The translations under genes were made by a program, and so were the position numbers. From an uncultured Actinomycetes bacterium (GTDB lineage: Bacteria; Actinomycetota; Thermoleophilia; UBA2241), in NCBI GenBank assembly GCA_963725665.1, contig CAVRZA010000001.1:352001-416000 (forward strand): DNA of 64,000 nt, given 5' to 3'. The notes under the pieces are model-generated. The model was given only the letters and a program-made list of their open reading frames with translations, searched no databases and was not told where the DNA came from. Within the stretch, counting starts at the first letter, position 1; every line of letters begins with the position of its first letter. Shown here piece by piece: positions 1 to 10,343 of the stretch.

Positions 1-989
1 CCTCATCGGCGACCGCGAGGTGCAGGACCTGCCGCCGCGCCGGCGCGACGTGGCTATGGTCTTCCAGAACTACGCCCTCTACCCGCACTACTCCGTCTTC
101 AACAACCTTGCCTTCGGGCTCAAGGAACATCGCGTGACACGCGCCGAGGTCGATCGCCGTGTGCGTGAGATGGCCGCCATGCTGGGTCTTGAGCGGTTGC
201 TTGACCGCAAGCCGGCGCAGCTCTCGGGCGGGCAGAGCCAGCGCGTCGCCATGGGGCGCGCGCTCGTGCGCGACCCGCAGGCCTTCCTGCTCGACGAGCC
301 TCTCTCGAACCTCGACGCCAAGCTGCGCGGCCAGATGCGCTCCGACATCCTCGCCTTGCAGCGCCGGGTGGGCGTGACCAGCCTCTACGTGACGCACGAC
401 CAGTCGGAGGCGATGACGCTGGGCGACCGCATCGCCGTGCTCAACGCCGGTGTGCTACTGCAGCTGGGCACGCCCAGAGGAGGTCTTTCGTCGGCCGCGC
501 AACCTGTTCGTGGCCGCCTTCATGGGTACGCCGTCGATGAACCTGCTGCGCGGGCGGGTCGACGGGGGCGTCCTGCAGGCCGGCGACCTGCGCCTGAGCG
601 TCGCCGGCCTGCAGGACGCCCCCGTCGTCGTCGGCTTCAGACCGGAGGCGCTCGTGCCGGCGAGCCAGGGTGCCGGGCTCCCGGTGACCGACATGGAGGT
701 CGAGCTCGTGGAGGAGCTCGGCAACGAGACGTTGGTTTACGGCGAGATCGCCGGTGAGGTAGCGGCGATCGACATCGACCCTTCGCTGCCAACGCCTCTG
801 CCGGGCTCGCGGGCGCGCATCTGCGCGCGCTTGAGCGGCTTCACCGACGTACGTCCGGGCCAGAAGCTGCCGCTGGCCGTGCGCACAGACAGGGTGCACC
901 TGTTCGAAGCGACCGGCGGCGAGGCGCTGACGCTGCCCTCGCCGCCGGTCGCCCTCGCCGGCTCAGGTGGCGAGGTGAGTCGCCCCTGA
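1..989 (+). CDS. Sugar ABC transporter ATP-binding subunit (MalK/UgpC/MsmX family); 5' truncated by window edge; +1 frameshift near 476
   Basis: [40 protein letters not shown] and YVTHDQ in ORF 20..757. The continuation [23 protein letters not shown] lies in the next frame after acg-ccc-a-gag-gag. Confidence 0.9.
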
Positions 990-1032
990 TGCCTCAAGCT
1001 CTGCCGTGGGGCGGCGTCTCGAGCGGCACGCT

Positions 1033-1062
1033 CGGGGCGGGCGGCCTCGGCCGCCCGCCCCG
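1033..1062. repeat. GC-rich inverted repeat between convergent genes (terminator-like)
   Basis: cggggcgggcggcc-tc-ggccgcccgccccg. Confidence 0.6.
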
Positions 1063-1069
1063 CCCGACC

Positions 1070-3196
1070 TCAATGTGAGTGGTCGCGCGGCCGCTTCGTA
1101 GGCCGGGCCTTCTCCTGCGGCAGCACGCCGAGCTGCTTTCGGCCCCGACTCATCTTCGTCACGTCGACCGTGCCGCGGCCGAAGGCGTCGACGCGGCCCC
1201 AGCGTCCGGGGATGTCGAGCAGGGCCAGGTGGCCGATCCCCTGCGGCAGCGCCGGATCGACGATGAGGTGGTCGCCGGTGGGCTCGAGGCCGAGCATCGT
1301 GCGCAGCAGGAGCAGCGGCGCCCCCGTCGACCAGGCCTGCGGACTGCAGGAGGTCGGGTACTGCACCGGGTACTTCGTCATCTCGCGTGGGTAGCCGCCG
1401 AACGCCTCCGGCAGGCGGCCGGCGAAGAACCCGGCCGCGTCGAGGATGCCGGCCGCGACCCTGGCCGCCTCCTCCTTGAAGCCGTAGCGGCGCAGGCCCC
1501 AGGCGATGAACGAGTTGTCGAACGGCCAAATGGTGCCCACGTGGTAGCCGATCGGGTTGAAGCGACCCTGACCTTCCGCCAGCGTCCGAACGCCCCAGCC
1601 CGAGTACATCGCCGGCGACATCAGGTGCCGCACCACGGCTTTGGCCTTGGACTTGTCGACGATGCCGCTCCAGAGCAGATGGCCGTTGTTCGAGGCCAGG
1701 GCGTCGACCTGCGTACCGTCCGCCTCCAGGGCGAGCGCGAAGTACTGGCCGTCTTGTACCCAGAAGTCGCGGTTGAAGCGGCGCTTGAGGTCGGCGGCCT
1801 CCTTCTCGAGCCGGTCGGCGAAGGCGGGATCCTTCCACACCAGTCTCGCCAGCCTGGCGCCGCGCATCTTGGCGTCGTAGGCGTAGCCCTGCAGCTCGCA
1901 GGTGGCGCGCGGGAACCCGGGCAGCCGCCCGTCGCGGTACGAGATCGAGTCCCAGGAGTCCTTCCAGCACTGGTTCTCGAGGCCGGTCTTCTCGTTGCGT
2001 CGCTTGTAGGAGATGTAGCCGTTGCCCTGCAGGTCGGCGTACTTGTCGATCCAGCTCAAGGCGGCGCGCGCCTGGGCCTCGAGCGAGCGTACCAGCCTCG
2101 CGTCGCCGGTCCAGCGCTCGTACTCGTCGAGCAGCACGACGTACAGCGGCGTGGCGTCGACGGCGCCGTAGTAGGGCGAGTGCGGCCGCTCCTCGAACGC
2201 GGTCATCTCGCCGTAGCGCATCTCGTGCAGGATGCGGCCGGGGTCTTCGTCGCGGAAGTCGTCGAGACGCGAGCCCTGCCAAATGCCCAGGACGACCAGG
2301 GTCGTCGCCGCCAGTTCATGGGTGAACGGCAGGGCCTGCAGGCTGGTGAAGATGCTGTCGCGGCCGAACGCCGTCATGAACCAGGGCAGGCCGGCGGCGG
2401 GCAGGCTGTGTCCCTCCATGGCGGGCGGCGAGAACCGCAGCGCGGCCAGGTCGACGAGACTGCGTTCATAGGTCGACTTCAGCGGGTCCCAGTCGCAATC
2501 GAGGCGCGGCGCTTCTTCGAGCCAACGATCGAGACTGCGTTCCAAATGGGGCCTGGCCCTCTTGGCGCCGCGCTCGTACTTGGTCTGCTCGACGCTCCTC
2601 CCGGCGACACCGAGCGCGGTGACCACGTGGAGGTCCGTCGACCATTGTCCGTGGGGCTCGATGTGGACGGCGAAGCTCAGTCCCTTTTCGTCAACGCTGC
2701 AGGGCGCCGTCGCCGAGATCCATGTCTCGCGATTGTAGGTCTCGCGCTTGTAGCCGAGCACCAGGCGGCCGTCGCCGACGCGCCCATAGTAGTCGCCCTT
2801 CTTCTTCAGGGCGTCCTTGACCTCGAAGAGGTCGGCGAAATCACAGCCGGCCTCGATACGCACGTCGAGGTCGACGGCCTTGTCGTCGTGGTTGAGGATC
2901 GTGAGCTCCTCGTGGAAGCCGTCCCCGACAGCTCGCTGGCGGATCACCGAGAGCTTGGCGTCGATGTACACGGTGCCGGTGCCGGGCACCAGGAAGAAGC
3001 GCGTCTCGAAGTACTGCAGGTCGTCGACCGACAGCGGGTTGAGCCGCTGGCCGTCGATCGTGAGTATCCACTTCGAGAGGTAGCGCGTGTCGAACGAGAA
3101 CAGACCGGTCGGGTCTGTCATCGAGGCCTCGATGTCCCCGCTGCTGTCGCTCACGACGAAGGTGTTGCCGTCGAGGATCTTGACCTCGGCGCTCAT
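1070..3196 (-). CDS. Amylo-alpha-1,6-glucosidase / glycogen debranching (GDE_N) family glycoside hydrolase
   Basis: 708 aa; AAGLPWFMTAFGRDS, PGRILHE, YYGAVDATPL, NQCWKDSWDSI, YHVGTIWPFDN, YPTSCSPQAWS motifs. Confidence 0.9.
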   Translation of the reverse strand: MSAEVKILDGNTFVVSDSSGDIEASMTDPTGLFSFDTRYLSKWILTIDGQRLNPLSVDDLQYFETRFFLVPGTGTVYIDAKLSVIRQRAVGDGFHEELTILNHDDKAVDLDVRIEAGCDFADLFEVKDALKKKGDYYGRVGDGRLVLGYKRETYNRETWISATAPCSVDEKGLSFAVHIEPHGQWSTDLHVVTALGVAGRSVEQTKYERGAKRARPHLERSLDRWLEEAPRLDCDWDPLKSTYERSLVDLAALRFSPPAMEGHSLPAAGLPWFMTAFGRDSIFTSLQALPFTHELAATTLVVLGIWQGSRLDDFRDEDPGRILHEMRYGEMTAFEERPHSPYYGAVDATPLYVVLLDEYERWTGDARLVRSLEAQARAALSWIDKYADLQGNGYISYKRRNEKTGLENQCWKDSWDSISYRDGRLPGFPRATCELQGYAYDAKMRGARLARLVWKDPAFADRLEKEAADLKRRFNRDFWVQDGQYFALALEADGTQVDALASNNGHLLWSGIVDKSKAKAVVRHLMSPAMYSGWGVRTLAEGQGRFNPIGYHVGTIWPFDNSFIAWGLRRYGFKEEAARVAAGILDAAGFFAGRLPEAFGGYPREMTKYPVQYPTSCSPQAWSTGAPLLLLRTMLGLEPTGDHLIVDPALPQGIGHLALLDIPGRWGRVDAFGRGTVDVTKMSRGRKQLGVLPQEKARPTKRPRDHSH

Positions 3197-3567
3197 GTCG
3201 GCCTCCTAGCGTATCCCGCGACTTCCTCCGTGGCGGCGCCGGCCGAGGGAGTGAAGAGGGCCTGGAGTGCGACCAACAGCCGCACCCTGCCCTGGACCGA
3301 GACCAGGCCGCGCAGCACCGCGGCCATCGCGTTCATCTCGCCCCCCAGGATGGCCTCGAAGGTCGCCAGGTCCATGCTGACGACGCAGTCGGCGTCAGCG
3401 CGTTTGTGTGAGACGGTGACGTCTCCCTTCTCGATGGTCACGTACCAGTGCTCGGTCCGTTCGCCGTCCTCCAGGTCGCAGCGGAGGGTCCCGCTCACGG
3501 TGCGCAGCAAGGGTTCGCCCTTCTTCTTGGCCAGGGCCTCGAAGAAGCGCTTGGTGGGTTCGGCCAT
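3193..3567 (-). CDS. SCP2 sterol/lipid-binding domain protein
   Basis: RBS GGAGGA before ATG 3567. ADCVVSMD...GEMNAMAAVLRGLVSVQG matches the SCP2 pattern. ATGA overlap with the GDE gene. Confidence 0.8.
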   Translation of the reverse strand: MAEPTKRFFEALAKKKGEPLLRTVSGTLRCDLEDGERTEHWYVTIEKGDVTVSHKRADADCVVSMDLATFEAILGGEMNAMAAVLRGLVSVQGRVRLLVALQALFTPSAGAATEEVAGYARRPT

Positions 3568-3735
3568 CGCCGTTCCTCCTCCGGTCGTCGTTGATGAGCT
3601 GCCGCTCGTCGCGCTCAGGCATGCCTTCGCACACCCGACGACCCTGTTCGCGACGCGGCAAGTGGCGTGGTCACTGAAGCACAGGCATGTTACCGCACGG
3701 TTAACGGGACTCGCGCAAGCCCCCGTGGAGCGTGT

Positions 3736-4611
3736 ATGTTGTTGCGCGTGACGAGGGAGAGGCCCGCAGATTCGGTGGCGAGATCCGCGGCTACGACGCG
3801 CGTGACGTACGTCGGGCAGGCGACGGTCCTGATCGAGATGGACGGGATGCGCATCCTCACCGACCCGATCCTCAAGCGCTGGGTCGGGCCGTTGCGTCGC
3901 TACGGCCCTCTGCCCGACCCCACGATCCATCACGGCATCGACGTGGTGCTCATCTCGCACCAGCACCTCGACCATCTCGACACCGCGTCGCTGCGGCTGC
4001 TGCCCAAGTCGGCCGTCGTCGTCGGTCCGCCGCTCACGGGCGGGACCGTGCATCGGGTCGGCTTCAAGACAGTGGTCGAGACGCGCCGCGACACGGCGCT
4101 CCACCTCGGCGACCTCGAGATCGTCGCCGTGCACGCCAAGCATACGCGGCGCCGCTGGATCCTCAGTTCACCGACGGAACCGCTGGGCTTCATCATCCAC
4201 GGCTCCACGACGGTCTACTTCGCCGGCGATACCGGCCTCTTCGACGGCATGGAGGACCTGCACGAGCGCATCGACCTCGCCCTGCTGCCCATCGAGACGT
4301 GGGGGGTGCGCCCCCCCGAGGGCAGGCACCTGAGCCCTCGGACTGCCGCTCACGCCCTGACGTTGCTGCAGCCTCGCGTCGCCGTGCCCATCCACTGGGG
4401 CACCCTGTACCTGCCGGGCTCGGCCTACGCCGGCAAGGAGGCCACCTACGCCTGGTTCCAGCACACGAGGAAGCGCCCTGAGGAGTTTGCCTCTCTCGCC
4501 GCCGAGACGGCGCCCGACGTCGAGGTGCGACTGCTTGCGCCGGGTGAGTCGCTCGACCTCGCACAAGCCCACGCGGCGGGCGCGTCGGCGCCGGCTGGGG
4601 ATCAAACCTGA
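3736..4611 (+). CDS. MBL-fold metallo-hydrolase (UlaG/RomA-like); start uncertain
   Basis: ILTDP, ISHQHLDHLD (HxHxDH), YFAGDTG, PIHWGT. Confidence 0.85.
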   Translation: MLLRVTRERPADSVARSAATTRVTYVGQATVLIEMDGMRILTDPILKRWVGPLRRYGPLPDPTIHHGIDVVLISHQHLDHLDTASLRLLPKSAVVVGPPLTGGTVHRVGFKTVVETRRDTALHLGDLEIVAVHAKHTRRRWILSSPTEPLGFIIHGSTTVYFAGDTGLFDGMEDLHERIDLALLPIETWGVRPPEGRHLSPRTAAHALTLLQPRVAVPIHWGTLYLPGSAYAGKEATYAWFQHTRKRPEEFASLAAETAPDVEVRLLAPGESLDLAQAHAAGASAPAGDQT

Positions 4612-4704
4612 TCGCCGGCGACCGTCTGCGGAGTCGCGCCCGACAGCGGACCATTGTAGGATGCCCGGCACACCACCGCCGTCGAGACCAGGAGTGATGA
4701 CCGC

Positions 4705-6195
4705 ATGAGCCTTCTTGCGCCACTGTGGGCGACCACGCTGTTTCGCGTGTTCGGCATCTCTTTGCCGCTTTGGATCGTCGTGCCGCTGCTCGTCTACTGG
4801 GCCGTCGTCATCGTGCTGCTCGTCTACGACAACCGCGAGCCGAGCAGCACGCTCGTCTGGCTCTTCGCCCTGATCTTCCTGCCGGGCATCGGCATCGTCC
4901 TGTTCCTCTTCTTCGGCAGGGACTGGAAGGTGATCACCGCGCGCCGGCACTGGGCCGAAGGATACGTGGCGGCCGTCACGGCGAAGATGCGCCCGGTGTA
5001 CGAGCGCAACGAGGCGACCGACCGGCTGTTCAAGGAGCGATACGGCACCGGTCTCGCCCCCGCCATCTCGGCCACGATCGAGAGGGAGAACGGCTCGCGC
5101 CCCCTGCCCGCCGACAGTGTCGAGATCTTCCCCACCGGGGCGGAGAACTTCGCCCGTCTCGAGCAGGACCTGGCCGCGGCCACGTCCTTCGTCAACATGG
5201 AGTTCTTCATCTGGGAGCAAGACCAGCTCACGGCCAGGCTCACCGCGATCCTGCTCGACCGGCTGGCGGCCGGCGTGGAGGTGCGCCTCCTCTACGACTA
5301 CATGGGCAGCATCAGCCACAAGAAGGATGAGCTGAAGAAGCTCGAGGCGGCGGGCGCCAAAGTGAGTGCCGACGTGACCCAGGTCTTCAAGCTGAACTAC
5401 CGCAATCACCGCAAGATCGTGGTGATCGACGGCACGATCGGCTACACGGGCGGTATGAACTTGGGACAGGAGTACATCGACGGCGGCTTGCGCTTCCCCA
5501 CCTGGCGCGACACGAACATCCGCGTCACCGGACAGGCCGTCGCCGAGCTGCAGAAGCTGTTCGCCATGCGCTGGTTCGAGGACGAGCACGAGGACATCCT
5601 GCAGGACCGTTACCTTCCTCCGGCCCCGGATGAGAGCCTCGACGGGCGCATTCTGACGCAGCTCGTCGCGCATACGATCGAGAGTCCCTGGGAGGCCGGC
5701 CGTCGCGCTCACATGCTCGCCATCTCGCAGGCCGAGCGCACGCTGAAGATCCAGTCGCCCTACTTCGTGCCCGACCCGGGGACCTACGACGCCTTGATCA
5801 ACTCCGCCCTGAGCGGCGTCGACCTGCGCTTCATGATGACCGGTTGGGTCGACAAGAAGCTGCCCTTCTGGGCAGCGCAGACCTACTACGAGCCGCTACT
5901 GCGCGCCGGCGCGCACATCTACCTCTACGAGGCGGGGTTCTTCCACGCCAAGACGATCGCCATCGACTCGACTGTCTGCGCGATCGGGACGATGAACATG
6001 GACATCCGCAGCCTGCGTCTGCACAAGGAGCTCATGGAGTGGATCTACGACACGAAGATCACGCGCCAGCTCGAGGCCATCTTCGAGCGTGACCTCGAGC
6101 AGTGCCGTGAGGTGACGTTGAAGGACGTTGGCTCCGTCGGGCGCTGGCAGCGCTTCCGCAACTCGTTCGCGCGGCTGTTCTCGGCCGAGATCTAG
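4705..6195 (+). CDS. cls: Cardiolipin synthase
   Basis: N-terminal PLDc_N TM hairpin; two HKD motifs (NHRKIVVIDG, FHAKTIAID). Confidence 0.92.
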   Translation: MSLLAPLWATTLFRVFGISLPLWIVVPLLVYWAVVIVLLVYDNREPSSTLVWLFALIFLPGIGIVLFLFFGRDWKVITARRHWAEGYVAAVTAKMRPVYERNEATDRLFKERYGTGLAPAISATIERENGSRPLPADSVEIFPTGAENFARLEQDLAAATSFVNMEFFIWEQDQLTARLTAILLDRLAAGVEVRLLYDYMGSISHKKDELKKLEAAGAKVSADVTQVFKLNYRNHRKIVVIDGTIGYTGGMNLGQEYIDGGLRFPTWRDTNIRVTGQAVAELQKLFAMRWFEDEHEDILQDRYLPPAPDESLDGRILTQLVAHTIESPWEAGRRAHMLAISQAERTLKIQSPYFVPDPGTYDALINSALSGVDLRFMMTGWVDKKLPFWAAQTYYEPLLRAGAHIYLYEAGFFHAKTIAIDSTVCAIGTMNMDIRSLRLHKELMEWIYDTKITRQLEAIFERDLEQCREVTLKDVGSVGRWQRFRNSFARLFSAEI

Positions 6196-6278
6196 AGCAC
6201 TGAGCCGGGGCGGGTTGGCGCCCGCGGCATCGCCGCGGGCGCCGCCAGGCCGATTGGACCGGGGTCCTCTAGACTCGC

Positions 6279-7859
6279 CTAGACGCCGGTCTCGACCTTG
6301 AGCCGGCCGTCCTTGATCGCCTTCTGGACCACCGCGAAGTCTCTCTCCGTCTGGTCGGCGTACGCCTCGGCGAAGTCGGCGAGGGCGAGGTCGAAGCGGT
6401 CGCTCTTGCCCAGGTAGGCGGCGATGGCGATGCGGTCGCCCGAGCGCGCGTGCGCCCGCGCCAGCGTCCAGCCGCAGACGCCGGCGTAGAGGGCGAGACC
6501 GGCAGGGCGCACGTTCTCCGTCGACACCGACCCCTTCATGTCGCGCAGCTGCCGCCAGTAGAAATCGCGGTGCCGCCGCTCCTGAGCCCCGTATCCAGCC
6601 CAGGAAGATGTCGCTGGCCGCCTGCATGAGCCGCTGACCGGCGACGACGCGATGGGCGTGGTTCTGGTAGCGGCTCTTGCCGACGTACGCCTCCATGACC
6701 GACGGGTTGGCCTGCTTGAGCTGCAGGAAGAGGGGATCGCCGTCGTCGCGGCCCAGCAGGAGGACGATGAGGGCGAGCGTGCCCACACTGCCGACGCCGA
6801 CGACCTTCATCGCCATGTCGACGAACTGGTAGCGGTCGACGAGCTCACGGTGGTCTTCCTGGAGGGTCTTGCGATAGTCGGCGAACGCCTTCTTTGCCAC
6901 CCGGTCCAGTTCGGCATCCGCCGGGAGGTGAGCGATGAGCGGTGGGGCGTCGATGATGCGCGGCATCCCGTCGACCGTCTCGGTCAGCTTGTTGAGGGCC
7001 TGGAGGCTGTCGTGAGTGCGGGCCTTGGCGAGGATCTGCTCGGCCGCCTTCGATCTTCACGCCGCGCGCCGTCTTGCGCCAGCTCCAGGACCTCCTCGGC
7101 CGCTACCCTCGAGTAGTAGACGTCGAGGTCGCCCATCGCGGCGTAGCGGTTCATCCAATCGCGGTAGGACCGCACGGCGGCGAGCGCGGCGTCGCGGTTC
7201 TGGGCTGCGGTGAGGCCGGCGTCGCGACCGGCGACGACCACACTCGCTACGAGACGCTTCAGGTCCCACTCCCACGGCCCCGGCAGGGTCTCGTCGAAGT
7301 CGTTCACGTCGAAGAGCAGGGTCCGTTCCGGTGAGGCGAAGACGCCGAAGTTCAGCAGATGAGCGTCGCCGCACGCCTGCACTGTCAGGCCAGAGTTGGG
7401 CGTCGCCGCGAGATCCGAGGCCATAAGCAGCGCGGCCCCGCGGTAGAACGTGAACGGTGACACCGACATGCGGCCCCAGCGGATGGGCACGAGCTCCGGC
7501 ACGCGCGCGGCGTCCTGCGACTGGAGGAGAGCCACGGGGTCGGGCCGGTCGTGGGGTGGGGCCCATCCGGCGTGGCTCGTGCGCGGCACCATCTTGCGGG
7601 CGGCCCTGCCGGCTGCGATATGGTCTTCGGTCGGCGCCCAGCCGACGATCTGGGGGCGGACCGGTCCGGGCGCCCCGGCGACGGCCGCCTCCTCGATAGC
7701 TATGACGCCGGCGACGGCCTCGCCCTGAGCGTCGACCTTGTCTTGGGTCTCTGACTGTGCGACTGCGGTGCCGTCTCCAGTATCGACGGCGGCTTTGGCG
7801 TCCGAGGAGGCCACCGTCACCTTCGCCTTCTTGGCTTTCGTCTTCTTCTTGGCGGCCAT
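6279..7859 (-). CDS. DUF2252 family kinase-like protein, split by two frameshifts (near 7050 and 6580)
   Basis: RWGRMSVSPFTFYRGAA, CGDAHLLNFG, DVNDFDETLPGPWEWDLKRL, KVVGVGSVGT, RDFYWRQLRDMKGS and LARAHARSGD are spread over three frames. RBS AAAGGAG before ATG 7859. Confidence 0.85.
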
Positions 7860-8008
7860 CCACGATCTCCTTTCGGGAAAGAGGATCCGTACGGAGCAGG
7901 CCTGCAAGAGGATCCCGCACGGAGCAGACCTACTATGCCCTGCGGCGGGGCCTGCGGAACGTGCCCATACGAGAGCTGAGGCTGACGCAAGGATCCCTCC
8001 CGACGGCG

Positions 8009-8704
8009 TCATTCTTCGGCTCGGCGCCGCTGCCTTCCCAGGTTGCCCACCAGGAGGGCTACGATGGTGACCAGATAGAGCTGACCCAGCAGCGCTTCGG
8101 TCACGGCCAGCATCCTGCCCAGGTCGCCGCGCGCGGTGAGGTCACCGTAGCCCACCGTCGACATCGTGACGTAGCTGAAGTAGACGTAGTCGATCGCGTT
8201 TCCGGCTCCAGTCTGGGCGAAGAAGGGACCTGCGACCTGACCGATGATCGAGAAGAGGAACGAGAAGAAGAAACCGACGAGCAGGTAGACGCAGAGCGCT
8301 CCGAGGACGGTCCTGACCGTGATCGCGGGATGCTGCACGAGCCGGCGCACGATGACCGCGGGGGCGATCACGGCGAGGCCCGCGGCGACGACGCTGGTCG
8401 TCGCGTGGGCGAACTCCCCACTGCCGAAGGCCGCCGAGAGCGCTGCCAGCAGGAGCGCGGGCGCGAGGAGCCAGGTAGCAAGTCGCAGGACTCGTCGCCG
8501 TACGTTCGAGGCGCGCAGCGTCTCGAGCAGGGTGACGCCTAGCACGACGATCAGGACGATGCGCGACCAGCGGCTGTCGCCGGCGACTGCCAGCAGGATG
8601 ATGGAGGCGATGATGAGGCTCAGCACGAGCCCGTAGCTGTCGAGGGCCCGGTCCAGCCCGCCACGAGGGCGTCGCGTGAGTGAATCAGCCGCCGGCTCGG
8701 TCAT
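8009..8704 (-). CDS. Potassium-channel-like membrane protein (Ion_trans_2)
   Basis: Multiple TM helices and pore motif YFSYVTMSTVGYGD. Confidence 0.85.
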   Translation of the reverse strand: MTEPAADSLTRRPRGGLDRALDSYGLVLSLIIASIILLAVAGDSRWSRIVLIVVLGVTLLETLRASNVRRRVLRLATWLLAPALLLAALSAAFGSGEFAHATTSVVAAGLAVIAPAVIVRRLVQHPAITVRTVLGALCVYLLVGFFFSFLFSIIGQVAGPFFAQTGAGNAIDYVYFSYVTMSTVGYGDLTARGDLGRMLAVTEALLGQLYLVTIVALLVGNLGRQRRRAEE

Positions 8705-8942
8705 GCCGTCTCCTCCAGCGCGTCGTCGGTCGGGGGCTCGGGGCGTGAAGGCTGCGGCGCGGCATTCACGCCCCGAGCGAAGGAGTCCATGAAAACAGTA
8801 CGCCGCGAGGACTGCAACTGAAGGGGCCGTGGGCGACCGCGCGCGGGGTCGCCGGCCCCTCGCGGCGGCGCATGCGCGGCGGGCGCCGCGTTTCTCGGGC
8901 GCTTGCCGCCGGCGTGCACACAGCGCGCCTCTTCAGCGTCTG

Positions 8943-10331
8943 TCAGTCGCCCGCGTCCGCTCGCGTGCCGCAGGCGGCGGCGTACGCGTCGATGACGGTC
9001 AGCACGTGACGGCGGACGAGATCGGCGGGGCCGTCCACGTGCTCGCCGTCATGCAGAGCCGCGTACTCCAACGGCAGGTACTGGCTCAGGAGCGGCGGCG
9101 GGATGCGAGCGTCACCCAGGTTGTCAATGAGTCTCTCGACGGCGTCGCGTACCTGTGGTTCGGCCCAGTAGTAGCGCGCGCGGTCGCTGTAACTGAAGGC
9201 GCGCGCCAGGGCGAGCTCGTTCTCGTCGCCGCTGTAGTAGGCCCGCCAGTGCTCGGGACGTTCGACCATCGCCCGGTCCAGCGTCGCGCGCAGGCGGGAG
9301 GACTCGAGGCCGTGACGCCCTGCGAGCAGGGCGCGCTCGATCTCCTCGAGGGCGAAGAGGGCCTCGCGCACAGCGAAGGTGAGCGCCGGGCCGACCTTGA
9401 GGACGGCGAAGTGGTCCTCGACGAGACGCGCGAGCGAGACCGGCGTCTGGTAGTCGGTGGAGTGCGCCTCAAAGACCAGAGGGTGGCCGGCCGGAGCGAG
9501 CGGCCGCCGCTCGCCGATGAACGACGACAGAGCGGCGGCCGCTCGCGGATCGTACTCGTGCACGACCTGGTCGCCGAACTCCACGCCCGGCTGCACGACC
9601 AGGGCGACCACCCGCCCCCAGGCATCTTCGAGCCCGGCGTCGACGAAGGCCGCGCGCGTGAGCGTCAGGGTGCGCTCGACCTCGGCGACGGTCGTGACGG
9701 CGACGAGCTCGCCGCCCGCCAGCTCGCCGCCCGGCGCGGGCACTTCGGTGCCGACGACGTAGATGGGCGCGGGAGAGCCCTCGGGCAGCTCGCGACGCGC
9801 CTCCTCCGCGACTCGGCAAAGGTCGGCCGCGCGCCGCGTCGCGAGACGCTCGTCGAGGGCCATGTCGTCGCCACCCGGGTCGCCGCCGAGGCGCATGCTG
9901 GCGTCGAGGTGGATCTTCGTGTAGCCGGCCAGCACACAGGCGCGCACGAGCTCGGCTGCCTTGGCCATGGCCACACCAGCGGGCTCGCGCTGCCACGGGT
10001 AAGGGCCGAGATGGTCGCCACCGACGATGAGGCGCGACGGTGCGAGGCCGAGCTCGCCGGCGATCGCCTCGAGGTGGGCGCGAAAGGCGGCCGGCGTCAT
10101 GCCGGTGTAGCCACCGTACTGGTTCACCTGGTTGCAGGTCGACTCGACGCAGAGGACGGTGTCGTCGCGCAGCGCCTGGAGCACGGCGGCTTCCAGGACG
10201 AAACGCTCGGCGGAACAGATCGAGGGCAGGCCCACGCGCGCGCCGGCGAGGTTGGCGGCGACGAGTTCCGGGAGAAGCTCCACGGCGTTAGCGGGGCCGC
10301 CGGCCGCGGGGAGGTCGTGGGCGGTGTCCAT
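8943..10331 (-). CDS. GatZ/KbaZ family protein (tagatose-6-phosphate 4-epimerase / tagatose-bisphosphate aldolase accessory subunit)
   Basis: ESTCNQVNQYGGYTG, GGDHLGP, KIHLDASM, VVQPGVEF, FEAHSTDYQ, LKVGPALTF, FSYSDRARYYW. Confidence 0.92.
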   Translation of the reverse strand: MDTAHDLPAAGGPANAVELLPELVAANLAGARVGLPSICSAERFVLEAAVLQALRDDTVLCVESTCNQVNQYGGYTGMTPAAFRAHLEAIAGELGLAPSRLIVGGDHLGPYPWQREPAGVAMAKAAELVRACVLAGYTKIHLDASMRLGGDPGGDDMALDERLATRRAADLCRVAEEARRELPEGSPAPIYVVGTEVPAPGGELAGGELVAVTTVAEVERTLTLTRAAFVDAGLEDAWGRVVALVVQPGVEFGDQVVHEYDPRAAAALSSFIGERRPLAPAGHPLVFEAHSTDYQTPVSLARLVEDHFAVLKVGPALTFAVREALFALEEIERALLAGRHGLESSRLRATLDRAMVERPEHWRAYYSGDENELALARAFSYSDRARYYWAEPQVRDAVERLIDNLGDARIPPPLLSQYLPLEYAALHDGEHVDGPADLVRRHVLTVIDAYAAACGTRADAGD

Positions 10332-10343
10332 CCGGGGATCCGT

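Noticed and set aside
1079-3751. Long antisense and alternate-frame ORFs (also 8829-11417, 25596-27986, 43624-46128)
   Set aside because: Shadow ORFs expected at high GC. They overlap well-supported genes and lack motifs.
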